The position numbers and the translations under genes are program-made. This document shows positions 38,842 through 51,832 of a stretch of 64,000 nt of DNA, one piece after another. This stretch comes from Mizuhopecten yessoensis (lineage: Eukaryota): assembly GCF_002113885.1 (NCBI RefSeq), contig NW_018408026.1, positions 45,391 to 109,390 on the forward strand, read 5' to 3'. The stretch's first letter is position 1, and every line of letters starts with the position of its first letter. Below the pieces are notes generated by a model. It saw only the letters and a program-made list of their open reading frames with translations, searched no databases and was not told where the DNA came from.

Positions 38842-41322
38842 TGTATGATATATATTTCTCAATGTTGTTCAACCAATCGTATCAGTCGGTTACACGTATT
38901 ATTTAAAATAGGTATGTTAAGAAATGGAGAAATTTTTCAAGGATATGTATTAGGACAAATTCTTTCTATATTATTGTTTTAATTATAAAATGATACAACG
39001 GATAAACCATGTTAGTTTCTAGACTATTTGCAGACCGAAAACTTCCATTTTGTCTGGTAGGTCGCCAAAAAGTAAACAATGAAAATTATTATCCCTGAAA
39101 GTGGTAACTTTTAATTGAAATTTCCTTATACATCTCAAACCTTTATTTCTTCTTTTGTTTCCCATAAATATATAGTTTAAGCATTTGAATATAGCGCCCG
39201 ATGCCTTGGGCCCACCAAACAAAATTACTTGTGATGTTTTATCGTCGATTGGTAATTCACTGTTTACATTTTGTGGGGGAAAAAGTACTTTTTCATTTCT
39301 ACAAATTACAGCAATATGATTTGGGACAAGTTATGACAACATTTTTAACGTCTTTTTCAAAAACAAATAAAGTTTTCTTGCGAGATTATTGGTAATCCGG
39401 GTCGATACGAAAAACGGAAAATACACCGGAGACGGAGGACACATTGCAATCATAATACGATCAAAACGTGAATGTTTTATGTTTGTGATGATGGAACAAG
39501 CTATTTCGAAGTTTATGGTTCACAGGCTGACAGGCAAGAAATTTCCCCATGACTGTACGATACTGAACCTACATGTATAATGCGCATGATATAGCGAAGT
39601 ATATATCAACAAGGCAAGTTTTTTTTCAGTAATTCCAAACTCCTTTATCCTTCCAGCTCTTATTAGTTTTACACATTTTGAAAGAAAAGAACATTCTAAA
39701 GAATCCAGTGATAAAGGAGCCAATGTTCCCCGGACAAGAATAGCCGGACAGATACAGATGATATCTGTCAAAATAGCTGTTACATTACAAACGACATTTA
39801 CACTCTTACGTATAGCTTTACAAAGCTGGATGATTACCGCTAAGAAAATGATAACCTGACTCAATTAAGGCCGCCTGGTAATTGGGACAGCATCACGTGA
39901 CAACCTAGTCCGTGTATCAATAACAACGAATTAAGTGGACCAATTTTTTGCGGACAGATGGGCGTTCACCACAGAATTGGCGTTACAATCACATTACGTA
40001 GAAAAACGGTATTAAAGCTACACTTGCTGTGTTCTATGTTTTTATTACAAGATATCAAACGGGTCTGATTGATCGGGTCTTTGTTTGGAACCCACAGAAA
40101 AACGGTTATGATATTATGATGAAGATTATTTACATAAATTAGCAAAACTGTTTAATAACATTATTGGTTCTGCGGTTTTAGAATTTAATTAGGATGTTCC
40201 AAACTGAGCAATGAGCCGACATGTTTTTCAGTATCAGGAATCCCTGATAGGGCTAATCGGTTCTTTGTCAGCCCGTCACAGATCTGACCAGATCCCCCAC
40301 CGTCATATATGGATTTAATTACACTTTGCGGTCGAATATGACAACATTGCATTATATAAAAACCACAGTCTTGTGACGAGGTGAGATAAGGAACCTCGAC
40401 CCCCGATAACAATGCGGAGGCCCGTCTGACGAGAATTACTCCATCCCCTATACCCGTCCCAACTAAGCGCTACCACTTTTCAATGTCTCTGATATTACAT
40501 GTAACTTTTGTTATTAGGCTATGTAAAAGGGTTTTAATTGTGATCAGTATTATGCTATCCTTAAGTTATGTAAATGTCCTCTGGATAGGGTCGTTGTAAT
40601 GATGTAATAACTTGTCCATTTGTTTTATCGGTGGAATAAGATATGTTCAAAAGATAAAAAAAAAAAAAAGATAAAAAAAAAAAGAAAAAACCCACACAAC
40701 ATCACCCTCATCTCTCTTCTTGTCCTCTCTCACTCAGTCTAACACTTCCTTTCAATTCCCCTCTCTCAGTCTAATCTGATCACATAAAATAATATTTATT
40801 TATATATATAAAATATAGCCTTTACATAAGTTCACAAAACTATATGCTAGAATGAGAACCACAAAATAAAAACATGTCATTATACCGTTAGCATTATTAC
40901 AAAATACATATTAAAGTCAACGTCTACAAACATATTCCATATGCACAATACACTTTTGCAGCTATTCAAAATTGTACATGTATTTGGAAACAAAATGAAA
41001 GAAATAATATTAATAAAAGAAAAAATAGAAAAGTGCACAGGTCAAACTCGGAACTTGTCTCCTCCCGACCATACACGTACTATCCAAGAACGGTTAATGC
41101 TCAACATCAAAATGAAATATCAATACTTTGCCAATTGCAAGGACAATAACTCTAAGCAAACAAAATTATTTGATGCTGTTTTACGTTAAATATAATCAGG
41201 TCTGAAGCAGGAACTCTTCCTCGCGATCATAAATGGTACCATTTACCTTAAGTCGCTTTTCAGTACATACTTAGTCGATTCTCTGATACAATGTAACACA
41301 AGCTAGATTTCTGTGTTCTATA

Positions 41323-41665
41323 TGTAGCGGAACTTGACTGGGTCGATCGTCGGCAACCAGGTAGCTCAATTGGTAAAGCGTCCGTCTAGAGTTAGGAGGG
41401 TTCCTGTTTCGAACCCCAGTCGGGCCGTGCATTTTCCCGCTCCTGTTACAATTGGCCCCAACGAAATATACCCAAAGGTAGGTGGTATACAGTCTCGTGT
41501 GTCTCCGTGGTCGAAGACTTTGTTAAAGGTGGGAGGAATGCAGCAGAACTAGACCGGGTCGATCGCCGGCGACCAGGTAGGACAACTGGTAAGCATCCGT
41601 CTACAGTTCAGAGGGTCCCGAGTTCGAACCCTGGTATGGCCGTGCATTTTCCGCTCAGGTTACCA
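41323..41665 (+). mobile_element. TRIM with tRNA-like LTRs: LTR-PBS-internal-PPT-LTR
   Basis: LTR1 41323-41450 (TGT...ACA); PBS-like TGGCCCCAACG at 41453; PPT AAAGGTGGGAGGAA to 41538; LTR2 41539-41665; A and B boxes in each LTR. Confidence 0.8.
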
Positions 41666-43646
41666 TGAAGGTATTGTCAGGAATAATAACAAAACGTCTA
41701 TTGTTTTAAGGACAAGACCTACCGGCACATTACCTTAACGGATATTCAGTATCAGCACATGCAGTTCCATACGCTGGTGTTTCAGGTTTAGAAATGATGA
41801 TATACATTTTATTTTCATTATTTCAGGATCCAAGTACAAGTATTTGTCTGTTTACGAGCCAATTATTGACCTGGTACCGAGTAGTTGTATGGAATGTCAA
41901 AGTTGTGGTATCTGTTGGCAATGATATAATACTAACATTTATTGGTAACGGAATTAACATCAGAGTTCAATTTTAGTAAAAATGGAAATACACATGGTGT
42001 CTTACACAGTTTCCCGTTTCATATAAGATTCAAAAACAAAGTTTGCCAATTTTTCATTCTAGCAAGTTTCTCAGCTGGCAAGCTAAATGTTTTAAAATCG
42101 TGACGTGTTCATAAATCTAAGTGCAGATAGAGACAAATTAATTAACGATCATTTTGGTCACACGATCAAGAAATTGATAAAGGACAACTTTAGAAAATTT
42201 CTCACATGTCGACTATACAACCTATAACAATGACTTGAATTTTGAAAAATGGCTTTAGTATTACTCCTACTACTGCTGTGTATCATTAAAATAAATATCC
42301 TATTTGATAACCGTATTATTTCGACTTTCAAGATGAATACTACCGTTCAAGCTGTTGAAGGTTGTCTCCCTTCCTATGTACATATTGTCCAAAGTTATAA
42401 CAAGTACAGCAAGCAAAAGTATTACTTTGCCGTTTGAAAGGAATTATTTTACATGTAGAACATGACGTATTCACCCAAGTTAGACACTAGGCATCAATGT
42501 GAACTAAAATCAATCATAAATATCTCAGAAATTCAGATAGCGTAGACATTTTTTGTCAGCAGAGATATAGATGGAGATTGATTGCTATCACTTCGTTGTT
42601 TCCTCATTATTTTTACCCCAGAATAACATTATAATGCGGGAATAACATTTTGATTATCGGATTTTGTGTTATGTTATGTTATAGACCTATACGTTAGATG
42701 TTAATAAGCCCTCTCGCAAAATTACATTTTACTGGCGACAAGGAGCGGAACCCGTATTTGTGACAACCATCAACCGTCCGCAAACTTTGCTGAGGATATA
42801 AATTCCTATTCTAATTCAAGCTTTTTACTGCAAGACTCATCTCTAAGGTGAAATAGGGTTTTTAGTCAATTCCTAATCGATGTCACGTCACATAAATCAG
42901 GAGAGACGTAAACACAGACCTGACGCTGATCGATGCCACTGACGTCAGAAAAAATAGTCACGTGAAAAGACCTGACGCAAATATGCACATGTATGGCATC
43001 GATGGTTGAAACTATAACATCGGCGAAGTTGAGACAGGCGTCTTTAATTTCCGTGAAAATGGGCAATGATGTTTAGATAAAATCTTTCATTGATTATCGA
43101 ATCACAACAATATCCATTGACTTAGATACTGTCAAGGATAGGAATCACTGCGCGAAGAGATGTATTGGTCAGAGACGCAAATGATTATAAAAGAAAATTG
43201 AACAGGTGTATTGTTATATCATATGACTTAGCATCTGCACAATGTTTCAATGTTTATAATTTCTCGTAATATTATTATCAGAACTTTGGTAACACGCCGG
43301 GTATAAATCTCTATTCTTATTTCGACTTATTTTCTTTTATCCTATCGTTATTTCGCCTATCGTTATTTCGACTTATTTTAATTTATCCTATCGTAATTTC
43401 ATCCTATCGTTATTCGCGGCGAGACAATGAAAATAATTTAACGCCAATGGGATTAAATATCGTTATATTGTTTCGTCTTTTCCTTGTGTCATTTCGTCTC
43501 CCTGAAATATCGATAAAAGGTTATAAAAAGCGACGAGAGAAAGAACGATATAAATATTTTTTCCAAACAGAATCGTATTTTTTGTTATCATTTTTCTATC
43601 ACTGATCCAGCACCAATAAGGGGAAATTAGGACATTTGCCAAAACC

Positions 43647-43826
43647 AATGTATTACCAGGAGCAGTGCCGTTGCGACGTGGTTGACACACACACTATCAT
43701 ACTTTCCCACCAATGTATTACCAGGAGCAGTGCCGTTGCGACGTGGTTGACACACAAACTATCATACTTTACCAGGAGCAGTGCCGTTGCGACGTGGTTG
43801 ACACACAAACTATCATATTTTCCCAT
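43647..43826. repeat. Three-copy tandem repeat (about 50-64 bp)
   Basis: TACCAGGAGCAGTGCCGTTGCGACGTGGTTGACACAC occurs three times. Confidence 0.9.
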
Positions 43827-46800
43827 TTTTCAGTAATTCTCGTTCTGGCAGAATCTTATCACATAAACAAATTCGTTTTTAATTATTTGCCAACGAAACA
43901 GAATAGTTACAAAATTTAATGTGTTTTTGATTGGTAGGTTTCAGCAATATTGATGGTATTTCCGACACAGGAGCCGACGTTCTGGACGACCGTCTCCATG
44001 CCTGACATTACAACGACGGAGCTCGGGACACCTATGCATCTCCCCAGCTCCCAGTCTGGGGCCGTGTTTTAGATATATAGATATATATATATACTTGTGA
44101 CAGTATTACATGTCATTTGACAAGTCCAATAGTTGAATTTTAAAGTCTGTATCACCAACGTGTAACGTGCGTGTGGCACATTGCTGTACATGATACCGTA
44201 TTGTAACATCGCCGGCGTTATTGGCGTTTTAAGTAGATGATATCCCTGTAGCTTTGGTTTGAACTTTGACTTAAATTTTTACATATTTATGGAAGATCAT
44301 GAGCAAATGATGTACAACGCTTTTTTTCTCTCCAGTTTTCTAGAATGCATGTGGTGAAATACTAGTCATTACCGACAAGAACAACGTTACGTTCAAACGA
44401 ACAGTCACCATTGTTCCTCAACACGTTGAGTAGATTACAAACAGATTACATCACTGACACCTGTTGAAAATGGATCAATAAAGCTATAGCATTATTGATA
44501 TCAAGTCGATGATCTCTCCCCACTCCATCAGTAGTGACTATAGGGGGCGCCACAACTGTTGCCGACCCTGCCTCTTGACTTAGTCATCGACATGTTTGTA
44601 CGATGTCACATCACTTATCAAACGGAGAAAACTTGACAAAAGTTATGAAAGCATTATCATTTACACAGAATATTTTTATTGTAATTTCTGTTTCTGCATT
44701 CCAGCTTTACAATTTCTGAATAAACTCAACGACTCGAAATATTCTAAAGCAGAACAAGAACATCAACTATTATTAATCAGAAACTGTTCGGGTCTTTGCG
44801 TCATTCTGTCAGAATATTCGAAGACGAATCATGTCTTGACAACAAATTCAAACTTTGGCGAAAAGTCCTGAATGATTTCTTTGATTGACCGGTTTTTGTC
44901 GCATAGCGGAAATTGCAACCATGGAAAAACGGCATTGTTCTCAAAACACAAATAATTTTGTACGATTGGAAACTGTTCGGATCCTTCCGTCATACTCAGC
45001 ACACATGGAGGCACGCCATTAAATGACCATCGCTATTGATAGGACGTTAAACCCTACACAACCAAGCTTAAACTAAACTGTTAGAGTTTTCGGAGAAAAA
45101 TCATGACATGACGTCATATCAAACTTCGGGGGAAATTCACGGAAGGTTTCCTGGATCGTCGCAAGACAGAATAGTAACCATAGAAACACGCACTATTGTT
45201 CCCGCAAAATTTGAAGTTCCATGATTGGTTTAGAGAATTAGTTTAAAATTTATAATTAACCGATACATATCACACACAAAGAGACAAAATAGTATGTTCT
45301 TTGTTGTTTCAAACGAAATTGTAGGGATCGCAATGCACTTACTTGATTTAGATTTAAACATATTTTATTGCAAATAAATATTTACAAAAGAATTGGACAC
45401 AAGTTTTACCAACCTATCAAAGTCCTTTTCTTCAAATATATGAATATAAACAATAACTTGATAAGGTAATTTACGCAATATACATTAATTATGTTTTTAT
45501 ATGGAAATGGAAAATAGAGACGAAGAAAAGAAGGAGAGCGAAACGAAGTAAAGGATAGTAACACAGATAGAGTAGATGAAAAATAGAGTGGAAGAAAAGA
45601 TGGATAGAGTAATTAAGTAAATGATAGTAATACAGGTAGAGTCGGAGAAAAAAAAGAGTGATAGAGAGAGAAAGATGATCACATTCAGTCAAACCTGTTG
45701 CACTTACTTCAATGACACGTACGTGATCAATAGCTGACAATCATATTCTCAAAGATTCGCTACCGCGAAACATGGAAAATGTTCATAACTAGCTTTCTAA
45801 CATTATAAATAAATGTTTAAATATGTTTTTTAATCAATAAATAAAGTCTCGAACAAATAGTAACACTCAAATATATCCTGTAAAACACATTGTGATGTAT
45901 TGACTGGCTTATGTCGACATTCGGGCTACTTTATATTTGTTGGTTAGTGGTGAGAGGGAGGACTAATTTGAGGATCAAGCTAAACATACGTGACCCGAAG
46001 ACAGCAGTTAACAACTGCTTAGTTTCAAATTTCCTAACTGTCGGACATCTATTAGTATATACGCTTGTTGAGGTTGCAGGGCAACAGGTTCACTGAGAAT
46101 CAGACAAAGCATCTTTTGTCCTAAAATCCTATCAGAGAGAGTCTTTGTTATAAGCTTTGCCCATACACTTTTTCGTTTAATCTTCTGTTTTTTTTGCAAT
46201 AAGTTACGAACAGAAATTAATCGTAAATTCCGTCTCTACATACAAGCTTTATGACAGTTTCGTCAAACTAGTTAATGACATGACAATAGGTTGGTAATAT
46301 TATGACAATGCTTGATGTTTAACCTTAAAAAACCCGCTAAACTTTATTGCAGCATTTTTTTTTAGTGTGAAAAATAAACCACTTTCGCATTACACATTTC
46401 CTCATCATTTGGAACATTCGACATGAAAACGGTTTGTTTCGCCTAAAGCAAAATAAGGCACCGGAAGTAAAAAACAATCTTCTGGTTCTATTGTTGTTGA
46501 TGTGTCTTATTACTACCACGCCAATTGCAAAAAAACAAACAAAAAAACAGAAAAACATTCCGTCAAATAAACACGAAATGCTTTCAGACAGAGTTCGAGA
46601 AGCTGCAGTACTGGTAAACATTACGGCCATCGCATCACTTTTTTTATTAACGAGCAAAAGAAGGTAAAATGTTCCCTCATTTTGTTTCCTTTGTGTTTGT
46701 CAAATTTGTTGCCGCAACAGAAATGATAACGATTGCGTTTGGCTAGCAACTACATAACGTGAATGAATAAGAAATACAGTATTTTGTATATGTACATACA

Positions 46801-49800
46801 ATGAAATGTAAAATAAATACAATTCTTTTGTGGCTGAAGAGATTATCTGATGTTTAGTATGTACATGTTGACTGCATGGTCCGTGACAACAGAGTAGCAT
46901 GATGCGATTAATTGAACCGTTTAAGAACTGAGCATGGTGGTAGAACCTGACCCCCTCCTCGTGGCCGCTACCCCCATACGTTGTGTGTCAGACCCTCAGT
47001 GAAGCGTGGTCCCTCCCGTCGCATAGGATAAGTTGACTAGCTTTAAATACCTTTTAGCACGGACGAGTATGCCAACTGTAAGCTGACAGTGCTAGACCGA
47101 CTAAGACCTGACTGGGAAGGGGAGACAATGCAGTATGAGACCCAAGTCTCGCGCCGTTCTCACATCGATAATGGTCCCGTGGCGCTAATGTGCTCATATA
47201 TTTATGACGTAGAGGGCGAGGGGTTCACGGGCAACGAAATGCTCCCTTTCACCAATTGATAAGTTAATATCTAGACGTGGTGCCGTGGGAACCACGTGAG
47301 GATACGGGGGGTACGGAAAGGCGTGTCCAAAATGCTGGTGTTTGTGACTGTAACATAATGTCACACATTTAGTGACATCACCGAGACACAGAACAGACCA
47401 CCACCAACCCGTTTATTACCGTATTTACATACAGCATACCTTTTACCGGATTCTACTTCTGTCACAGATTGAGATGTTTGACCTGTAAGTTTAATCGCTA
47501 TGAGACTCGACCTTAAGGTCCATATTTGTTACGTTTCGTTATGACACCTCCTAGAATGCGGACATTGAAGACGTCCTCCCTTCCTGAAAACTCACTGTCT
47601 GAGAATGTAAATTCGATTGGATCTGGGTCTGATATCTGGACGATGACTCGGGGTGGGAATAAAGGACGAACAAATTCGGACTTATCAAAAAATATTTACT
47701 GTACATCCTCGGATTGGCTTTTATGCACGGACTTTAAAAAAATCATTTTTTTAACTTCAGACACTTCACCCCCTCCATCCTCATTCCTCCCAGAAATCTC
47801 GTAAGAGTACGAAACTGCACAATTAGCCATTGATGTCCAATTATACTACAATATTAGTTAAACGTCATGCACTATAAAATTGATCTCTAATATATTTTTA
47901 TTGGCATACTTTACTTGTGATTTTTATGTTTTGATAAGAATTATTTATTTGAAGTAATTCCCCTCTCTTTTCAATTGTTATCAAATGTGCATGCTTGTGT
48001 GCTCCAAATCATTTAAGAAAATCATTTTGACTTGTCCGGTTTGCGGAAGGTCTCGTCCATATTGTTACGTAGATTCCAAATTTCGTTGACACCAACCGAA
48101 AGAACATGTATCAATACAGTCCATGTGGAAGAATTCATTTGTTTAGTAAACATTTCACAGTTTATTCACAATAGCTCAGTTGCTATTCCTTGTAAATTAT
48201 TTTTCAGGGAAGCTGTATCTAACGTTTATAATGTGTATGTAAAACAGTCATTTCAACGTGTGTGAGACCGGAAGTAGACCAGAAATGATGCTGATTCTTT
48301 AGAATCTAGATTGTTTTTGTAATGTTTTTCGTCCCATTTATAGTTGTTATTTTTATCACTTTTGGCTATACAGCTTCAGTTCAGTTTTCACACAGAGAAA
48401 AATAATAATATGATGGGCATTATCTAGCAATATGACGTATTGTTAAATTTCACTCTGACGCGTATTATCGCAAATTCATGAGGTGTTACTGAAAGGCGCA
48501 AAGGGAAATAAAACGGTAATGTTTCATTGGTCGATTAATTGATTAATTGATTATTTATTTATTATTATATTGATTCATTTATATCTTATTGTATTTTTTA
48601 TAATTTATCTTTGTACATTGCTTATAAACAGTATAAACATTAATGTAGACTCACGCCCACATAAACTATAGTTAAGACAAATTGTTTAAGGAACACGACG
48701 ATTTTCTCTTCACTTTGTATGCGTAAAGAGTATGCGAATATGCTACTTTATTAGAAATATGTACATTTCTTGTTCATTTGGTATGATATAGAATTTTCAT
48801 GATATTTCAGAATATCCCAAATCAGTGGCATGTTAAAACTACATGAATAAAGATAGAACATCGAAAATCTTTCATGTTTTTTTCTTTTTAAATATCAACA
48901 ATCTGGAAAGAAAACCTGTTGTGGGGAAAAAAGAAACAAAATACGTTTACTATATAAATCTATGACGATGAACACATATGTGGTGACGGAACACATTGCG
49001 GAATTCAGTGCATCGACCACAAACATATGTTTTAATGTTCTTCAGGATGCACGACCTATGCTGGGGTATGTGACACATGCCCGTGACTCAGAGCAAGGGC
49101 GGGGCTGTGGGTGACGTGCCCCACACGTGAGCGAGGCTGCCCTATCTCGGAGATGGACGGGTGTTTATCTTAACCCCTTCCTATCACCATTGTTGTAAAC
49201 AGGCCCTCCTGATTTCACGTTTTATTGTGTCGGGACCTCATTTTTCACAGGACTATTAGTGTTAATCCTCCCCCTCCCCCTCCGCCCCCTCCCTATACTA
49301 TGTAGGGGGTATATGTCCGCACTCTGGCACGATAACACTGTACATGTTATGTACTCCTAACACATCGTAAATGTCAGTGGGGCCCTAAAACACAACACGG
49401 ATGATTGTGTAAACTTTCCCATCAGATGTACCCATCAATCCCCTCCCCCTTGACCCCCTCTCAGAGTGCCAGGTCTGCCTGGTCCCCACTGTGGTGAGTG
49501 TCAGACCGATACCGATACTCGGCTTCCATGGCTAATTACACGTGTTGTTCCTCGGAGTAAGGGTCAGTTGAATTAAGATAGCGTTAGGGATCACATTGTG
49601 GACTGGTTTGACCTCGACATTAAAACAAGCAAGCACGATGCTTGCATTTTGTATAAACATAATTAGAATTTTTTAAATTGCTAGTGTCTTTGGAATAATT
49701 TTTGCCGGAATCAATCAACCGAAATTGCGCAAGACCATTTGCTAGTCTTAAAGGAACCAAACTTGGAGAGATGGAGCCGATGTTCTCCAAATTACATGTC

Positions 49801-51642
49801 TGTTTTAGTGAGATACAGTGGAAGTGCCAGAGAGTATTAATATGACGTATTTTTCTTGCCTTTCCACGTTATTAAATCATCATTAACAAGTCGACCCCAC
49901 ACAAACCTTAGACAGAGTGCAAACTGGTAAACATCAGAGCGTTCCGCTTGTTTATTCCGTCTATCATAGTTCCGTAATTTGGCCTAATAATAGCATAACT
50001 ACGTGTATGTATAAATTGAGCACTATTTTACTACGTGTTTCATAACGAAAACCCTTTCATTCGCTTTTACTGAGTTACTCTGTCTCCTTTGCACAAATTG
50101 GTACAGGGACACCATACAATACAACTATTTTTTGTCATCAAAAATAGTTCACAAAAACAAAAACAAACATTTACAGAATACATTTTGTAATACAGGACGA
50201 AGGTTTGCAAAGGGAGACAACATGTAAGATATTTATTAGACAAAGATTTGCGGGGGGAGATGGCAGACTCAGTATATAACAATACTCGATGAAGGTTCGC
50301 AAAGAGAGTCATCTTAATCAATATTCTACAGTACTCAATGAAGCTAAGCAAATGGAGAATTCAAAGATTCAAGCATTTTACACAGTGAAAAAATAACGTT
50401 CGCAAAGGGGGTATTATTAATTGGAGGCAAACATTTTACAGTACCAAAGGGAGACAAACACGAGACCTGGTAAATCAGTGAAAGTGTGAGAGGTTACCCC
50501 CATCAACTTGTCCACACGTACATGTGGCTCTGCACAGTGCTCATTACGCCAATACATTTGGAATGTTATCCGCAGACCTTTTCATATTTCAGTGAATCTG
50601 TTGTGTTTAGACCCGATTGTTCCGACTCGTACCGCCTAGTTGACTCCGACGCTTTGACAAAATATTTACAGAACAGCAGATAAGATTTTATAATGACAGA
50701 GAAGCCGTTTCCTATCTCCAACACAAGGCTTATTTCTAACGCAAGGATGTTGACGGCTTGTTGATAAAATACAGATTTCAGGGACGGCTGAAAAACAGAA
50801 CTAGCGCATCACAACAGAGTTATAAAGAACATTGCGATTGGTTCCGCTGGACAGATACGTTCCCCTTTCTTTGTCGTTACTGAAGAACAATCATGAGATT
50901 CTGAGAATCAAAGAGGATACAACAACCTGATGTTGAAATTTGCCATGAATCTTGAACATTAGGTGGCATTTGAATGAAATGAAACGATCCAGGTTGTGGT
51001 GCATATAATATAGTCATATCACTGGTAAAATGGACAATGTGTCTATTGCCTTTTGAAATCAAAGAAAAGGGGCGCAATAACAAAAATCAACCGATCTTAC
51101 ATTTGTACATGGAATTCCATCATTTCGAAACGGAAAAATGTCACTGATACATTCTATACCCGTTAGAAACCCAATTTCACAAAGTGTTCGGGACATTAAT
51201 TAATTTACTATACAACGACTCACAGACAGCTAAGAGCGATTTTTTTCTTCAAAATGATTGAAATGCGATCTGAACAAAACAAATTTATTTTTCGCACAAC
51301 GTTTGGATCGAGAAATGTTATATTAACAGTAGCATGACAGTGTTTAGATATCGATAATCAAAATGCGATATTCTTCAACAAATCCTAATCGGAACGTCTA
51401 TCGGGACGTTACAGAATATCAACCCCAACCAAGATCCATCGTTAGCGATCATCACACATGCATATTGTTATTTTCCTCGTTTTTCTACAACACCAAAAAA
51501 AGCCGCTAATAATGATTTCATAATAATTTGCAGTAAACAGTTATAATAGTTTGACTATGGTATATGAGAAAATATTCATAAGATAGTAAGTTCTTAGTTA
51601 CGTAATATGCCATTTTATACGATAGAATGGTGCTACGCATAC

Positions 51643-51832
51643 GTATTCCGTCTGTTCGTATTGCAGAGTTATCTGCACTTGATAGCAGGTATTGATTGTT
51701 ACGTCATTTGTTTGTGAGAGTAATGTCATCATTTTTTGAGAAAACGACGTAATTTTCTCACACAAACTATTGACGTAACAATTAATACCTGCTCACAAGA
51801 GCAGATAACTCTGCAATACGAAAAGACGGAAT
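51643..51832. mobile_element. Long palindromic (fold-back) MITE
   Basis: About 75-bp arms: TATTCCGTCTGTTCGTATTGCAGAGTTATCTGC... vs ...GCAGATAACTCTGCAATACGAAAAGACGGAATA. Confidence 0.8.

Noticed and set aside
36844-38982. Long ORFs (up to 358 aa; HTDVAVYG / DHRQLHLC repeats)
   Set aside because: By-products of a stop-poor 24-bp satellite, open in several frames on both strands
39520-39864. 114-aa minus-strand ORF
   Set aside because: TTG start, no recognisable family and no supporting splice structure
41357-41430. Possible tRNA genes (also near 32200, 38770, 41580)
   Set aside because: A/B boxes are present but stems are imperfect and copies diverge; better explained as TRIM LTRs
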